Assembly: GCA_003427395.1 (NCBI GenBank)
Contig: BFEA01000004.1
Location: 1,899,906-1,963,905, forward strand
From: Chara braunii
Lineage: Eukaryota; Plantae; Charophyceae
DNA length: 64,000 bases
Reading direction: 5' to 3'
The notes under the pieces were generated by a model. The model saw nothing but the letters and a program-made list of their open reading frames with translations. It was not told the origin of the DNA and searched no databases. The translations under genes and the position numbers were made by a program. Of this stretch, positions 1 to 11,783 are shown one piece after another. The number at the start of each line of letters is the position of its first letter. Positions within the stretch are counted from its first letter, which is position 1.

Positions 1-197
1 AAAAAAAAAAAAAAAAGGGGTATTTCACAAAATATTTATTTTGTCAGAGGGGCATTTCCGCTCAACACACATCTTTTTGGGGCATTTTGGCATATATCTC
101 AACGTATGGGGGTATATTGCAAATTATCCCTTTTTTTTTTTACAGAAAAGGAGTATGTATTATACAAAGCCGGGAAAACAAAGTGCAACTTCTTTCT

Positions 198-440
198 TTT
201 TTTTTTTAAGCCCTTTCATAAGCCCACTATCCCCACGGTGGTAAGAGAACCGCAGGGATTGAGGGTCTCTTTGTCGGGCTGCTCCATCTATTGGTGGGGA
301 GCGGCACCTGCTGGGAACCGGGCCAGCATCCCATTGAAAACATCATTATAGCACAAAGTTTTCTGTTTGTTTCCTAGGGCTTGTGGGCAATTCTGTTCAC
401 AGCCTGGGGCTCCCTTTTTCCCTGGAGCTGCTGATATTTC
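198..440 (-). mobile_element. 5'-truncated LINE/SINE insertion with poly(A) and 28-bp target-site duplication (TSD)
   Basis: Poly(T) at ~198-207; conserved 3' motif at 281-332; direct repeat CCGGGAAAACAAAGTGCA(A/G)CTTCTTTCT at 170-197 and 441-468. Confidence 0.75.
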
Positions 441-517
441 CCGGGAAAACAAAGTGCAGCTTCTTTCTCATTCCGTAAGAAAGGAACAGTTGTAGTGAGT
501 GTATGAGATGTATGTAA

Positions 518-571
518 GGGACGCTGGGGCCGGTTCCCAGCAGGTGAAGCTCCCCACCTATAGACCGGAGC
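518..571 (+). repeat. LINE 3'-end structured motif copy
   Basis: GGGACGCTGG..CCAGCAGGTG..GCTCCCCACC..GGAGC, matching many other copies in the window. Confidence 0.8.
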
Positions 572-976
572 CATCACTGGGGGGCGCTCTCTTCTGGAGG
601 ATGCTCTTTTTTTTTTCTTTTTTTTTTAAAGTCCAGGGTGTTGTAGAGGCCAGTTACTAGGCACACATTTGATTGCCGGGCGTGGTCAGCTGTGGACGCT
701 CTGAGGCAGCGGGGCCACCACCCCTTCCATCCTTGCATCAATACTCCTAGCGCATCCCCTATCCCTACTATCCTACCTAAGTGTGACCAGCACTCAGGAC
801 TATTACCCTACCAATGGGCAGGTAACTTGGACCGAACAGTAGTGGCTGGCACCAGGGCTAGCGACCCAGCCCTGGTTGAAGCATAGTCGAACGGACCTCG
901 TCGTACGGGTACTTCGGACGCCAGGCTCAAGCAACTCACGTATTGGCCCCTAAATTGACCAACTAGTAACTCACAA

Positions 977-1105
977 CCTCTACTCTTTCCCACCACACTA
1001 TATATTTAAGGCGGGGTACTTATCATCGAGACGCCTACTCACGCCCTCTACTCTCTCCCACCACACAGTATATTTAAGGCGGGGTACTTATCATCGAGAC
1101 GCCTT
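977..1105. repeat. Tandem duplication, ~68-bp period, 2 copies
   Basis: CCTCTACTCT..TATATTTAAGGCGGGGTACTTATCATCGAGACGCCT starts at 977 and 1045. Confidence 0.85.
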
Positions 1106-1455
1106 ATCATCATTATCAGTTGATCGCGAGCTCCCCCCCAGCCCTTGCGTATATATGTGTGTGTATGTGTGTGTGTGTGTATGGTCGTGCATGTGTGTGT
1201 ATGTACTGTGTATCGATGTGTGCCCGTGGGCCATATGTATGGTCGTATGCTGCTCCCCACCATGGAGCATCTGCGAAGTAAGTACTGAGTACTGGTGAGA
1301 GGTGCTCTTACCACCTCCACTAGTACGTGTATGTGTGATTGTGTACCTTGAGTATTGTATATATGTGTGTATGGATTGTGCTATCTTGGGGTAGTATCTC
1401 TTGTGTGTATATATATGTGGTAGACACAGGTCTATCTGGACAGGACCCCCCCAAA

Positions 1456-1527
1456 GTCCGGAACCGGACTCAAACCTGTGACCTTCAGTATGAAACTGGA
1501 GGGTTCTACCGCTTTTACTACCGTGGG
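1456..1527 (-). mobile_element. Degenerate tRNA-derived SINE head or tRNA pseudogene
   Basis: Minus strand has A-box-like GGTAGTAAAAGCGG and B-box-like GGTTTGAGTCC at tRNA spacing, with an anticodon-like stem between; CA-rich simple repeats follow. Confidence 0.4.
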
Positions 1528-1904
1528 AAGTGGAAATCATGTGTGTAATGTGTGGACTGGGGGAGATTATCAGCGCGACCAAAGCCAACAACAACCAGCA
1601 ACCAACGTGAAGACTAGGCCAGCATACAACACCCATGAACTGACCCCCTGGGTGGTGCCCAGGCAGTGTCTGTAATAGTACCATGCGTCAGCCCAGGGGA
1701 GTGTGTGTCCAGCCGTGCGTCATTCTAACGCCCTGCCGGTGTCCATGCACGAGGCTGCGGAGTTTTGAACCCACAACCTCATACCACAATGCGCATTTCC
1801 AGTGCTCTAACCACTGACCTACATCAACTAACTCCTCTGTGTTTTCTTTGTTTTTTAATTTTTATAAATCCTTTTTGTGACTCTACTGAAGTTACCTCAT
1901 TTTT

Positions 1905-2099
1905 GGGGAAACTAGGCGGGATTCACAGAAATGAGTTACAATTGCACTATGGGCCAAGGTACAGTTTCAAATTGCAGTTCGGGCAATGTATACAACCCAG
2001 CTTTCTGGCCAGGTACGGTGCCCGAAGTGCAGTTGCGAACTGTTTCTTGGCCCATACTGCAGTTATAACTCTTTTTTGTGACTCTACTGAAGCTACCCC
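1905..2099. mobile_element. ~195-bp MITE with imperfect GGGG-starting terminal inverted repeats (TIRs)
   Basis: GGGGAAACTAGGCGGGATTCACAGAAA ... TTTTTGTGACTCTACTGAAGCTACCCC; internal sequence homologous to 60528-60688; extra right TIR at 1872-1898. Confidence 0.6.
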
Positions 2100-2100
2100 A

Positions 2101-2233
2101 TTTTTCAAAGCCCTTTCGCAAGTCCACTATCCCAGCGGTAGTAGGAGAACCGCCAGAATTGAGGGCTTGGCCAGCGGGCTGCTCCATCTATTTGTGGGGA
2201 GCAGCACCTGCTGGAAACCGGGTCCAGCGTCCC
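2101..2233 (-). mobile_element. LINE/SINE 3' end (same subfamily as 198-332 and 24928-25089)
   Basis: AAGCCCTTTC..CTATCC..GGT(G/A)GTA(A/G)GAGA..GATTGAGG..GCTCCATCTATT..CCAGCGTCCC shared between the copies. Confidence 0.7.
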
Positions 2234-3899
2234 TTGGATACAGCAATGCAACGTCATGTGTCAGGGTCACAGCCATTAGTCATGTAGTCCCAGAGCCACT
2301 TTTCCCTCAGGGCTGCAAGTAAAACCCTTACCATAATTGAGCTCTGTCGTCAGTCCTGACCTAGCCCCATTTCCGGAGGCGCCAAGCCCCTGCTTTTGGC
2401 CCATGTTTCTTATCTGTGGTTCAGTCTTGCCGCGTGCCAGGAATCTGCAGCCCTTCCTCAAGGAATATTACACAGTGTCACTTTGGAGCGTGTGGAGAGT
2501 AATATGCCTCTTCAGCCTCGAGCCAGGCCGCCACAAGTGATCATGTAGTTGCTCGCATCTTCCCCCTGAAGAATTCATCCGCTTCCCGATGACCCACTCA
2601 AACCCGTCAGCATTGGGATCTGGGCCAGGTCGCCGGCAGCGGTCATGCGAATGTTGGGTCCGAAACTTTAAGAAGAAAGGAACAGTTGCAATCTTCAGAA
2701 AGGGACAAGCACAGTGGAAGACTACACCTCCACACATTCTACGATAGGACATCTCATCGCGGATCCAACAGGATCGTCATAGGAAATAATGGATGGCCAT
2801 GAAGGTTATGGCGAAAACGAGGAGGAAAATAGCGGTGCTGAAAGAAAAGGAGAAAAGGTCAGCAGACTCAGCACACAGCCTCTGATGGATGGCCGCCGTA
2901 GACTGTGCTCATTCACATGGAGGTTGTGAGGCAGTCCAGTAGTGGCGTACTGGTGGCTGGGGAAGCCTCAGAAAACAAAAACGCAGCTCCCGCCCTGAAC
3001 GGTTGGATCACAATCAACAACGGTTCAGACCAGTGGCGACTGGCAGTTTTTTTCATCCTTAGGTTGTCTTCAGTGGGTTGGCAAGCCTGGCCTCGGGCGC
3101 AGGGGGGCTCAGCCTCAGAGGCAGTGGTGGCTTGAAAACCTGTTAAACCACCAGTTCACACAAGCCTACCGTCTTCCCCCGAACACAACGCACCCTCATT
3201 TTGACTGTATCGGGCCAGAAACATGCCTTGCATACGTTCATTTTCAGGGTGCGTTATGTTCGGGGGAAGACGGTANNNNNNNNNNNNNNNNNNNNNNNNN
3301 NNNNNNNNNNNNNNNNNNNNNNNNNNNNNNNNNNNNNNNNNNNNNNNNNNNNNNNNNNNNNNNNNNNNNNNNNNNNNNNNNNNNNNNNNNNNNNNNNNNN
3401 NNNNNNNNNNNNNNNNNNNNNNNNNNNNNNNNNNNNNNNNGGGGAGGCTCCATCTATTGGTGGGGAGCATCACCTGCTGGAAACCGGGTCCAGCGTCCCT
3501 TCTTTTACATCTCGTCGGAAATGCCTTATGTTTGAGTAAGACAGAAAAGAGTAAGAAGACACGGTTAGAAAAAATGAGAAAAGATGAGAGAAAATGAGAG
3601 AAATTGAGAAAAAAAATAGGAAGAGAATTTAGGCAGAAAGAGCAAGATGTCGTGGCCCGCTACATTCGCTACCGGCCCAGGCCTCACCCGAATCAAAATG
3701 CTTTTGCCATGTGAACAGGCAAGAGCAGTACTCTGCTTCGGGTGAGCTGGCAGTTAAGCAGTTTCACATTGGTTGCTCCGCAGACTTAGGCTTGTCCTCC
3801 ACTACCTTATGTTTGGAATTTTGGATTTGAACTTCGCTACATCCAAGAAATGTGGGTAGCCCGTATGCCAGCGACCCCCCTGGTGGACATCGCCTTAGA

Positions 3900-4868
3900 C
3901 CCGGCAGAATGGAAATGGACCACCTTAAGGGAGGACGGACTCACACACACCACCTTCACTCTCAGAGTCTCAATGAAGGCAGTCTATCGTATGTTATGAC
4001 CCCGGGTGGATTTAAGGGAGTGAGTGAGAAACCGCTGGGCATCACGGCTAAATATTCATCGGAATGACATGAGATCCATTTCGGTGGTTTACAGGTACCA
4101 AGGTCAAACCTGCAAAAATGGCCTCTCTTGCCCACCAGTGCTTGCCCACAAACGACTAGCTTATAGACAGGACCACTTTAGAACAGTGTGGACTAGCCTA
4201 CCCATGGTGCAAACGGCGTATGCGTAACGTCCCAACCAGGAAAATTCCCGAAACTATGCAAGGCCTGGGCTCAATATGGGAGTGGAGATGGTGGGATCGG
4301 ATCTGGCAACAGATGGGCACTAACACTCGGTGGCCATGGGACTTGAAAGCCATACTTTGTTGTGCCTGGCACCCTGAGCCTCCAAACTCTTTCACATCTA
4401 ACCTAAACTTTTGATCTGGGGACGAGGGTGGTCTTATGGGCCATCTGGGGACGCAGGTGCATACTGGAAATGGAAGGGGCAAGAGTAGAAGGGCCGGAAT
4501 TCACAGAACTCATCAACTTGAAGCAACAGATTCAAATGGACATAAGGAAATGATGGGAGCCCGCCAAAACTTGGAAAAAACACAAGATTGCATTTTTACA
4601 CAACAAGCAGGAAATCCACACAAAAATTAAACAGTTCTGCAACAACTGGCTGGGGAGGGATACAAGGGGCTGGGTTGCAACGGTGGAATGGGCAGGTGGG
4701 GGGCAGAAGGGTGAACGGGAGGAGCTCAAAAGGGACTACAATCGCTCCTTTAATGATTGGACAGTAGTCTACCCCACAATCCCGATGCGTCCCCTATCCG
4801 ACTTCCCCGACCCATTTCCCCCCCCTCCCCTTTCCCTGGTTGATAGGCAGTGGTATGGGCAGGACTGA
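3900..4868 (+). pseudogene. Decayed LINE ORF2 C-terminus (zf-RVT/CCHC region)
   Basis: Fragments LPTND*, LPWCKRR, WDRIW..WPWDLKAIL, RDYNRSFNDWT..DFPDPFPP align by eye with ORF 25862-26695; frameshifts and stops present. Confidence 0.7.
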
Positions 4869-5033
4869 GTGGAGGGGAGCGGAAGGGCAGGGGGCACAAA
4901 AAGCGGCAGTAAAGTGCGGCAGGGATAAGGTGTGCCAGGCAGATAGCCGCTGGAGCAGGCACCCCTATAACGGGATGAAGAGGCACCGGTAGCAAGAGTA
5001 CCCTGCTCTTGGTCTAGAAATCTTCCCTCTCTC

Positions 5034-5740
5034 CTTTTTTTTTTTTTTTTTTTCAATCAGAACCCCGCATTGACAGATAGGAGTGATGATAAGAGCATAC
5101 ACTCCTACCTCTGTTGCAGGGGGCTCCAGTCTATTGGTGGGGAGCTACACCTGCTGGAAAACGGGTCCAGCGTCCCTTGAGATACATTGTTCCACATGAA
5201 TGACTGATAGTGACTCTCTGACTCCTCAAGTGCCTCTTCACCTGCAATCAGGCACCAGATCAACAAATCTTTCGAGCACTTTTCTATGTCTTACTCTACT
5301 TTTTAAAAAAAAAAGGACTCTTTGAACTCCTTGAGCACCTTCTCTCTTGTTAACGATATCTCTCATTCATACCCATACCAAGTCTTGGGTACTACACATA
5401 GTTGAGAAGGTGGGAAGAGGTCAGGAAACTCTGAAAGTGCTTCTAAGGGAATAATAGGATCAACACTGGACCAGTCATTGAAGATTAAGCGATAATTCCT
5501 TTCCAACTTTCCTGGGTCACCATATTGTCCTCCTTCCCACTTCACCCTTCCCAAATCCTCCCCCTGGTTCCCTCCAAGCCAGCATTTATTGAATTTGTGG
5601 ATATTATATAGAATATCGGATTTTAATGAAAGGTATTTAATCTTTTCCTTGACCTTTTCCCAATTAGAGGTAATTATTGTTTGAATGTGCTGTTTAATAG
5701 CTTCAGTAAATTCCGGTTCATCCAAACGTGCACTCTCTAT
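5034..5740 (-). mobile_element. LINE 3' end: ORF2 C-terminus, 3'UTR, structured motif, poly(A)
   Basis: WLGG..VKWEG..RNYRLIFNDWSSVDP..FPDLFPP ends at 5363; motif at 5123-5177; hairpin ~5075-5113; poly(T) 5034-5054. Confidence 0.75.
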
Positions 5741-6985
5741 CTCGTATGAGTAGGGTTGAGAAGGTTCTGTTGGGGGATATTTGCAAGATGAATGATGGGG
5801 TCTACAACTAGGGTGCTGGCTGGTAGCCTGATTGGTATTTGCCTTAGTCCAGTCCTGCTGGTTTGCGAATAGATGAGGCCAGAACGACGCTGGTCGGTGC
5901 TGGGGTTTGGTTGCGCTGCCCTGTAACTCAAGCGGTATGAGGGCATCAGACCTGGTAGAGAGATCTGGGGAGTTGTCGAGGGTGAAAGGCACTCTAGTGT
6001 CTTTTCGTGAGCTGGTGCCTAGCCGATGCTGGCCGGAGCCGGGGCAGGTCGCTTTGTCCTGTGGGCTAGCAGGTGGGGGGGTTTCTGGGGAGGGTCGTGC
6101 CACCCCGTAACCTAGCAGTTGGTGGCATGAGGTCGGGTAGAGATTGGGCATAGGGTTATAGGGGTGAGGCAGGTAGGGTTGGGTTGCCGAAAGGCTCTAA
6201 AGTAGGAGGTTCCTTCGTTCTGAATGCTCCTTGGATCCGAGCTTTGAAGGTTACAATAATTTTTTAGTGCTCTTGTACACATTTATCTTTTTTAGCCGAA
6301 GCCGGGTAGTCTTAAGAATGTTTTAGGACTCTGGGGATTCCTTGCAACTTTGTCTTAGGTGGCTTCGAATCGGATGCTGTTATACTCAGTAACCTGCGGC
6401 TGTTCGATGCCAGAACAACGCTCGCCGGTGCTGGGTTGCTGCCCTGTAACCTGCTGATGCACGAGCGTGAGGCCTGGTAGAGAGATCTGGGGATGCTTTG
6501 GGGTGGGCATTCCACGGGACGACCAAGGGTTGCTGCTGGGACGACGCTGGTCGGAGCTGGGGTGAGTTGTGTTGCCCTGTAACCCAGCAGGATGTGGGGG
6601 CATGAGGCCTGGAAGAGCTCGGCAGGGAGTAAAACAGTGTTGGAGAGCTTTGGTAGGGTTTGTTAGGGATTTCGAGGGTTTTGGAGCATTTGTAGGACCT
6701 ATGCGGTCTATTCCCATCCTTTCCGTATTGCTCAGACGTTTTCTCAAGAAATCGAGGTGAGTGGGAGAAGGAGAAGGTGGGATATCACGCGTCCTACTAG
6801 TAAGGGGGCTAGCTGGTAGGATGGGAATAGGGTACAGCAGCAGCGGAGATGGTGGCTCTGCTGCAGTAAGTGTTGCCGGAGTGCGGTACAGGGGATTGAT
6901 TGGGGGTGTCTGAGTCGTTTTCTGAATTGTGCATATGTTTTTGTTTCTTAGCCATATTTCCGAACTATCTGTTAAATTTTAATAT

Positions 6986-7044
6986 GGGACGCTGGGCCCG
7001 GTTCCCAGCACGTGCTGCTCCCCACGAATAGATTGGAGCCTTGT

Positions 7045-7078
<34 letters not shown>
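6986..7078 (+). mobile_element. LINE 3' motif (covariant variant) + poly(A)
   Basis: GCTGGG/CCCAGC and CGTG/CACG variant of the motif, followed by A30 at 7049-7078. Confidence 0.8.
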
Positions 7079-7080
<2 letters not shown>

Positions 7081-7645
7081 TCCTGGTTGGTTTAGAATGT
7101 TGTGCAGTGGAGTGAGGCCCACATGCAATGGACTCAGCAGACAGATCCACCTGCCCTGCTGGAGTCAAATATTCAGAAAACAATTCTAGCCCTGTATTCC
7201 TCTCGAAACTGTGGCCAAGCTAAACAAACCCAAGAAGACAAACAAAGGAATTCTCCACCGAATTCTTGCTAAATGTGTGCTAAAATCCTACAAGCAAAGA
7301 GTTCACTAAGCTCCTCCAGCAGCTAGCACTTAACCGACCCTCTAACTGCCTTCTTTCAGGACACGGAGGGGCCCACCTTTTCACTGACAGTGGCAGTCCA
7401 TCAGTCAAGCTAAAGCTCTTCAGGGCATAGGGCCTCTTGGCAGCAAATGCCAGCATCCTGAATGCGACAACACACTCAGAAATTCAGCATGTCAAAAAAA
7501 AAAAGTTGGTGCGTACTGCTTGGCAAGTAGTGCAGCGAGGCCCGTACTCACAGTAGGATTTTTTTGCATGTAGATGTGACTATATGTATGCATGTATGTA
7601 TTGCAGTAGGACTTTTTTCGTATGTAGATCTATCATTCTCACATC

Positions 7646-7696
7646 TTTTTTTTTTTTTTTTTTGCACCTGGGGATAGGCTCCATCTATTGGTGGGG
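7646..7696 (-). mobile_element. 51-bp truncated LINE insertion with 10-bp TSD
   Basis: TTCTCACATC at 7636-7645 and 7697-7706 flanks poly(T) plus a partial motif. Confidence 0.75.
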
Positions 7697-7770
7697 TTCT
7701 CACATCACTCCTCACCATTTGGGAATGTTGGTAAGGACTGTTGTCTATGTTTGGACTCTTCATGTATACT

Positions 7771-7907
7771 GGGACGCTGGACCCGTTCTCCAGCAGGTGT
7801 GGCTCCCCACCAAGAGATTGGAGCAACCAGGATGCTCGCTAGTAGGAGGGGGTGTTCTTATCACCTCTCCTAGCAGGGGGACTGGTTATTAAAAAAAAAA
7901 AAAAAAA
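7771..7907 (+). mobile_element. LINE 3' end (motif, hairpin, poly(A))
   Basis: Motif 7771-7824; hairpin with TTCTTATCA loop; poly(A) 7891-7907. Confidence 0.75.
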
Positions 7908-8928
7908 CAATTCTAATGACAAGAGTCCTTTTTGTTCTTTTTTGGCTGAAACGTCGTATACAGGAAACCTACTTAACGTGGTGATAAGAGCATCCCCGGT
8001 AAGTAGGCCCCGGCGCTGAAGGCTCCATCTATTGGTGGGGAGCTGCACGTGCTGGAAATCCGGTCCAGCGTCCCTGTACAATGATGTGATGTGTATCAGC
8101 TGGAAATCGGGACCAGCATCCCTATACAGTGATGTGTGGATATCTCCTACTATGCATCCAATACTGTCTACATATGTTCGTTAATCAATATATGTCACAT
8201 GATGGGACAACCCTATCCACCAGATCTACAGTATCTCCAAAACGAGCTAAGACATCGAGCCCAATCCTATCAATTCAAACGAAGTGACGAAACCCTAACA
8301 ATGATGTGACGTGTGTGAGCTGGAAGTCAGGTCCACCTTCCCTATACAATGACATGTGGAGATTTCATAGTACACATTCAATCCAGTCTGTATATATTTG
8401 AACCTCACCTATATCTCCGAAAAGAGTAGAGGCATTCATTACTTCCCTACACAAGGGAAGGATTTGCCTCCTGCCCATGAAGTAATTCCCTAACGAAAAG
8501 CATAACAGCAGAGGCATTGATTTCCCCACGAACGGGAAGGGATGACCTCCGGCCTATCTGTGATGAAAATCATTGTCATCAAACCCCAACAAGCAATCTT
8601 CAAACACCCACTAACAGATCGGACTAACGAAACCCTGAACTATCCACCTCCCACCTGAGGGGCGACCCTCCCCCTTCTTGATTGAACTTGCGGACCCGGC
8701 ACCTCCAATCGGCGAGGGGGGACATCGACTATCGACTATCGACTATCCTACCCCCATCCGAAATCAACGAGGGGGAGATTGTCTATCCAACTCCCACCTG
8801 GTGCCAGACAAAAAAAAACGAATGAACATGTAAAAACACCAGGTAGGGACGGGGGGGAACAGTAAAACGCACCTTCACCCCCAAACCCCACCCTGCCCAA
8901 TCAAGCCGGTAATTCCCCCCTACTGCGC

Positions 8929-11439
8929 TGTGACGCCCAACCTCACGCCCGGCGCGACTTCCTGATCGGAGTGGGATGTGGGCCTGGAAGCGCGAAAAGG
9001 GGTGTGCCAAGGATTTTTGGGAAAGTGGGGGGTGAAGTCCCAGGTCGGAACTGAGATCTCCTGTGGCAAAGTTTCAGAGGCATAGATGCAATAGAGCTAA
9101 GGGGGCGAGTTACTTCCGGTCTGATGGCGTCCGATGCCACGCCGTCATAAGGCAGATGGCATGCGCGGTGCGTTCATGGCCGTCCGATCCGTCTGTTTTG
9201 GTAGCGGCGATTCGGAGAGAGGCCCGCCCGGGATGGTTGTGATTCCGATGAGTCGGTACTTCGGGTGCAGACATGTGGCATCTGCCGTCGCGCGTTTTGG
9301 TTAGGCCCCCTAGTTTCAAAGGTTCGTCGGTTGCCGCGTCGTCGGCAATTTTCGCAAGGCGTGCAGGGCCAATATGGGGCGATGGAATTCCACGGTACCA
9401 CCCTGAGTTGGTGATACGGAAGGAGGAGACGGAAGGGAGGGAAGTTGGTAGTGATAACGACGAAGCCGGGGGATATGAAGTATTGCGTGTTATCCATGGT
9501 GGGAAAATCGGGGCACCTTGGATCGCTGGTTACGGCACAGTGAAACTCCCTAAGGCACAATCGATTCTCGGTTAGGCAGGGGAATTCGGGGTATCTTTGC
9601 CTCATACATTCTCTCACCCAAGGGTCGAAGTACTCCGAGTCCCAAGAGCTCGGCATCTTATCATTGCGACGTAATGGAAGCCTTCCGCATGCGTCTAACC
9701 GGCAAGGGGATTTTCCCCATGTGATGTCGAAAATTCCTATCCGTTTAGGTGCGTGGGGGAGGGGCCAGGAAAATTCCCGCCTACCCAATACCGGAGATGT
9801 CAAGTTCGTCAATGGTCACGAATCGGTGCGCGTGGACAGGTGTAGGCTGCACAGATCGAATCGTGCTTACTCGTGTCCCCGCGGGGTGTTCGCTTGCTTT
9901 TGGGAGAATGAGAGCCTAATTCCTTATGCAAAATCGCCATGTGCTGTAAACAACTACCCAATCATCTAATCACTCTGTAATCTCGCAAGCACTCATTCCC
10001 GAATATGCAAGGCGTTGTCAGACATCAAACATCACAGCAACATTAGAATAACAGCGGATCAAAGTGATGAGCAATAATAGAGGCAATAATGACGACTATG
10101 CAGAGCTTTCTACCATGCTTATGACAGGTAAAGACAATGACCAGACAAAAAACAAAACATCAGACATGACAGTCATTCATTCAGTTATTCGCCAGAACAT
10201 ATGATAGCTGAGATCAAGATCAATCGCAAAACAAGTATGGGCTGAAGTTGAGACAAGAATTCCGCAAACAAAAGAAAACGGGCGAGTCGCCCTAAGCCGA
10301 GATCAAAATTTATATACAAAAGCAAAGAGGGAGGAAAGACAAAGAAAATTGCAAATCCACATCCATCAACCTCAGCTCTCTCTTCCTCTCTCTCTCTCTC
10401 TCCGATGCGGACAGTCCGTCGTCATGCACCGACCCACGAAATCGTCACCCCGCTTAGTCCTCCTGCACCCGTCACGTTCGCCTGCCCACTACAGTCCGTC
10501 ATAGCCCCCATGCGTCAACCCAGCGCATTCAGCACCAGCTCGTCGGGTCGCCCGACTCCCACTTCAACTCACCTCTTACTTCGCTTGTGAGCCGACCCTC
10601 ATTGATCGCACTGCCCCGAGCTTCCAACAACTGGTTAAGAGAGCTATCTAATCGAGCAGCCGGGATTTATAGCGTGCATGCTTGCGCGAAGAACACGGAA
10701 TTGCAAGGACTTAGAAAGGGGATTAGGAGAGGGAGCGCCTACGTTCTGCATGGCCAGACTGCGGCGTGGGGGACGTAGCCACTCTCCACGCAGTGATCCG
10801 ATCATGCAGGCCATGGGCTAACTAGGCACAGCAAAAGGGAAGGGGAGAGCGAGAAAGACGAAGCTCAAGAAGAAAGATACATTTACAATGGCGCCCGCCC
10901 AAAATTACAGTTACTTGCAAGACTAAGGGCGCCGACTAATCAGAGCTCCGTTGCAGCCGCAAAAAGAAGCGCGTAAGAAAGACAATGTGCGGCAAAAGAA
11001 ATCCCGAATTCCTAAATTCCTAAATTCCTAGGTAATGCAAAAAGAAACACAAATTCCGAAAATAAAATCCAAAATTCTGAGGGCCATCAAGGACTTGACA
11101 AGATTCAAAAAAAAGAAATTTAAAAAGAACGAAGCAAAACTCCCGCTTGACCTCCGCGCCTAAAAACCTGACAACAGAACAAGAAAGAAGCGACGTCAAA
11201 CATTATTATTCGCGCCTTCGTCAATGCGACAGCCACTCAATCGGCCATTTCGGAACTTGCCCAGCCCTGAACTCAGCCATCTGAAAAGAAGCGACGAAAG
11301 AGAAAAGACGAAAAAGCGAGGACATCGATGCAATTTCCCTTCGATCCCGATCTCCCGTAATTGGCCCAACCTTCCCATCTTAGGACCCCTCATTGTCATC
11401 GCGCAGAAGATCGCGCGGAACAGAAATTGGTTCGTCACA
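8929..11439 (-). repeat. 3' LTR of the gypsy element
   Basis: TGTGACG at 8929 to CGTCACA at 11439; >90% identical by eye to 19881-22531. Confidence 0.9.
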
Positions 11440-11783
11440 TATGTGATGCCAAGGGGGTTCCAATCTTAAGCAAGCTCCTGCTTGCTTGAATTATAACAGG
11501 TGTTGATCTCTCTAATCGATCGACACGCGGAGCCTTCGTTGTTGCCACTTACCGTTCGATAAGAGTGTGGACGTCATCCAGGGTGGCACACGTGGCTCTA
11601 TCCTACAGTTTCCTCGGGGTGGGCTCTCTTCAGTCCAAGGAGGGGATCGTGCGTGCCATTGCCGTGACACGTGCCAATCAACCATACATCAATGACCTAA
11701 GGGAAGGGGAAAGGGAAGACGATACATGGGGGCATGGCGAGGGGGTGGGTTAGTCGGGAGTGGGGGGCGAGGAGCGTTCTAAC

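Noticed and set aside
17-130. MITE with GGG-starting ends
   Set aside because: Inverted ends are too divergent and no second copy is in the window.
1757-1825. Functional tRNA genes here and at ~60047-60118
   Set aside because: Only weak A/B-box-like motifs with no cloverleaf; at best decayed SINE heads.
6986-7039. LINE tail motif as an HDV, twister or pistol ribozyme
   Set aside because: Could not map the required helices or catalytic residues by eye; only a simple H-type pseudoknot is supported.
9174-9812. 212-aa ORF inside the LTR
   Set aside because: Frame is broken by an indel in the sister LTR and no motif is recognised.
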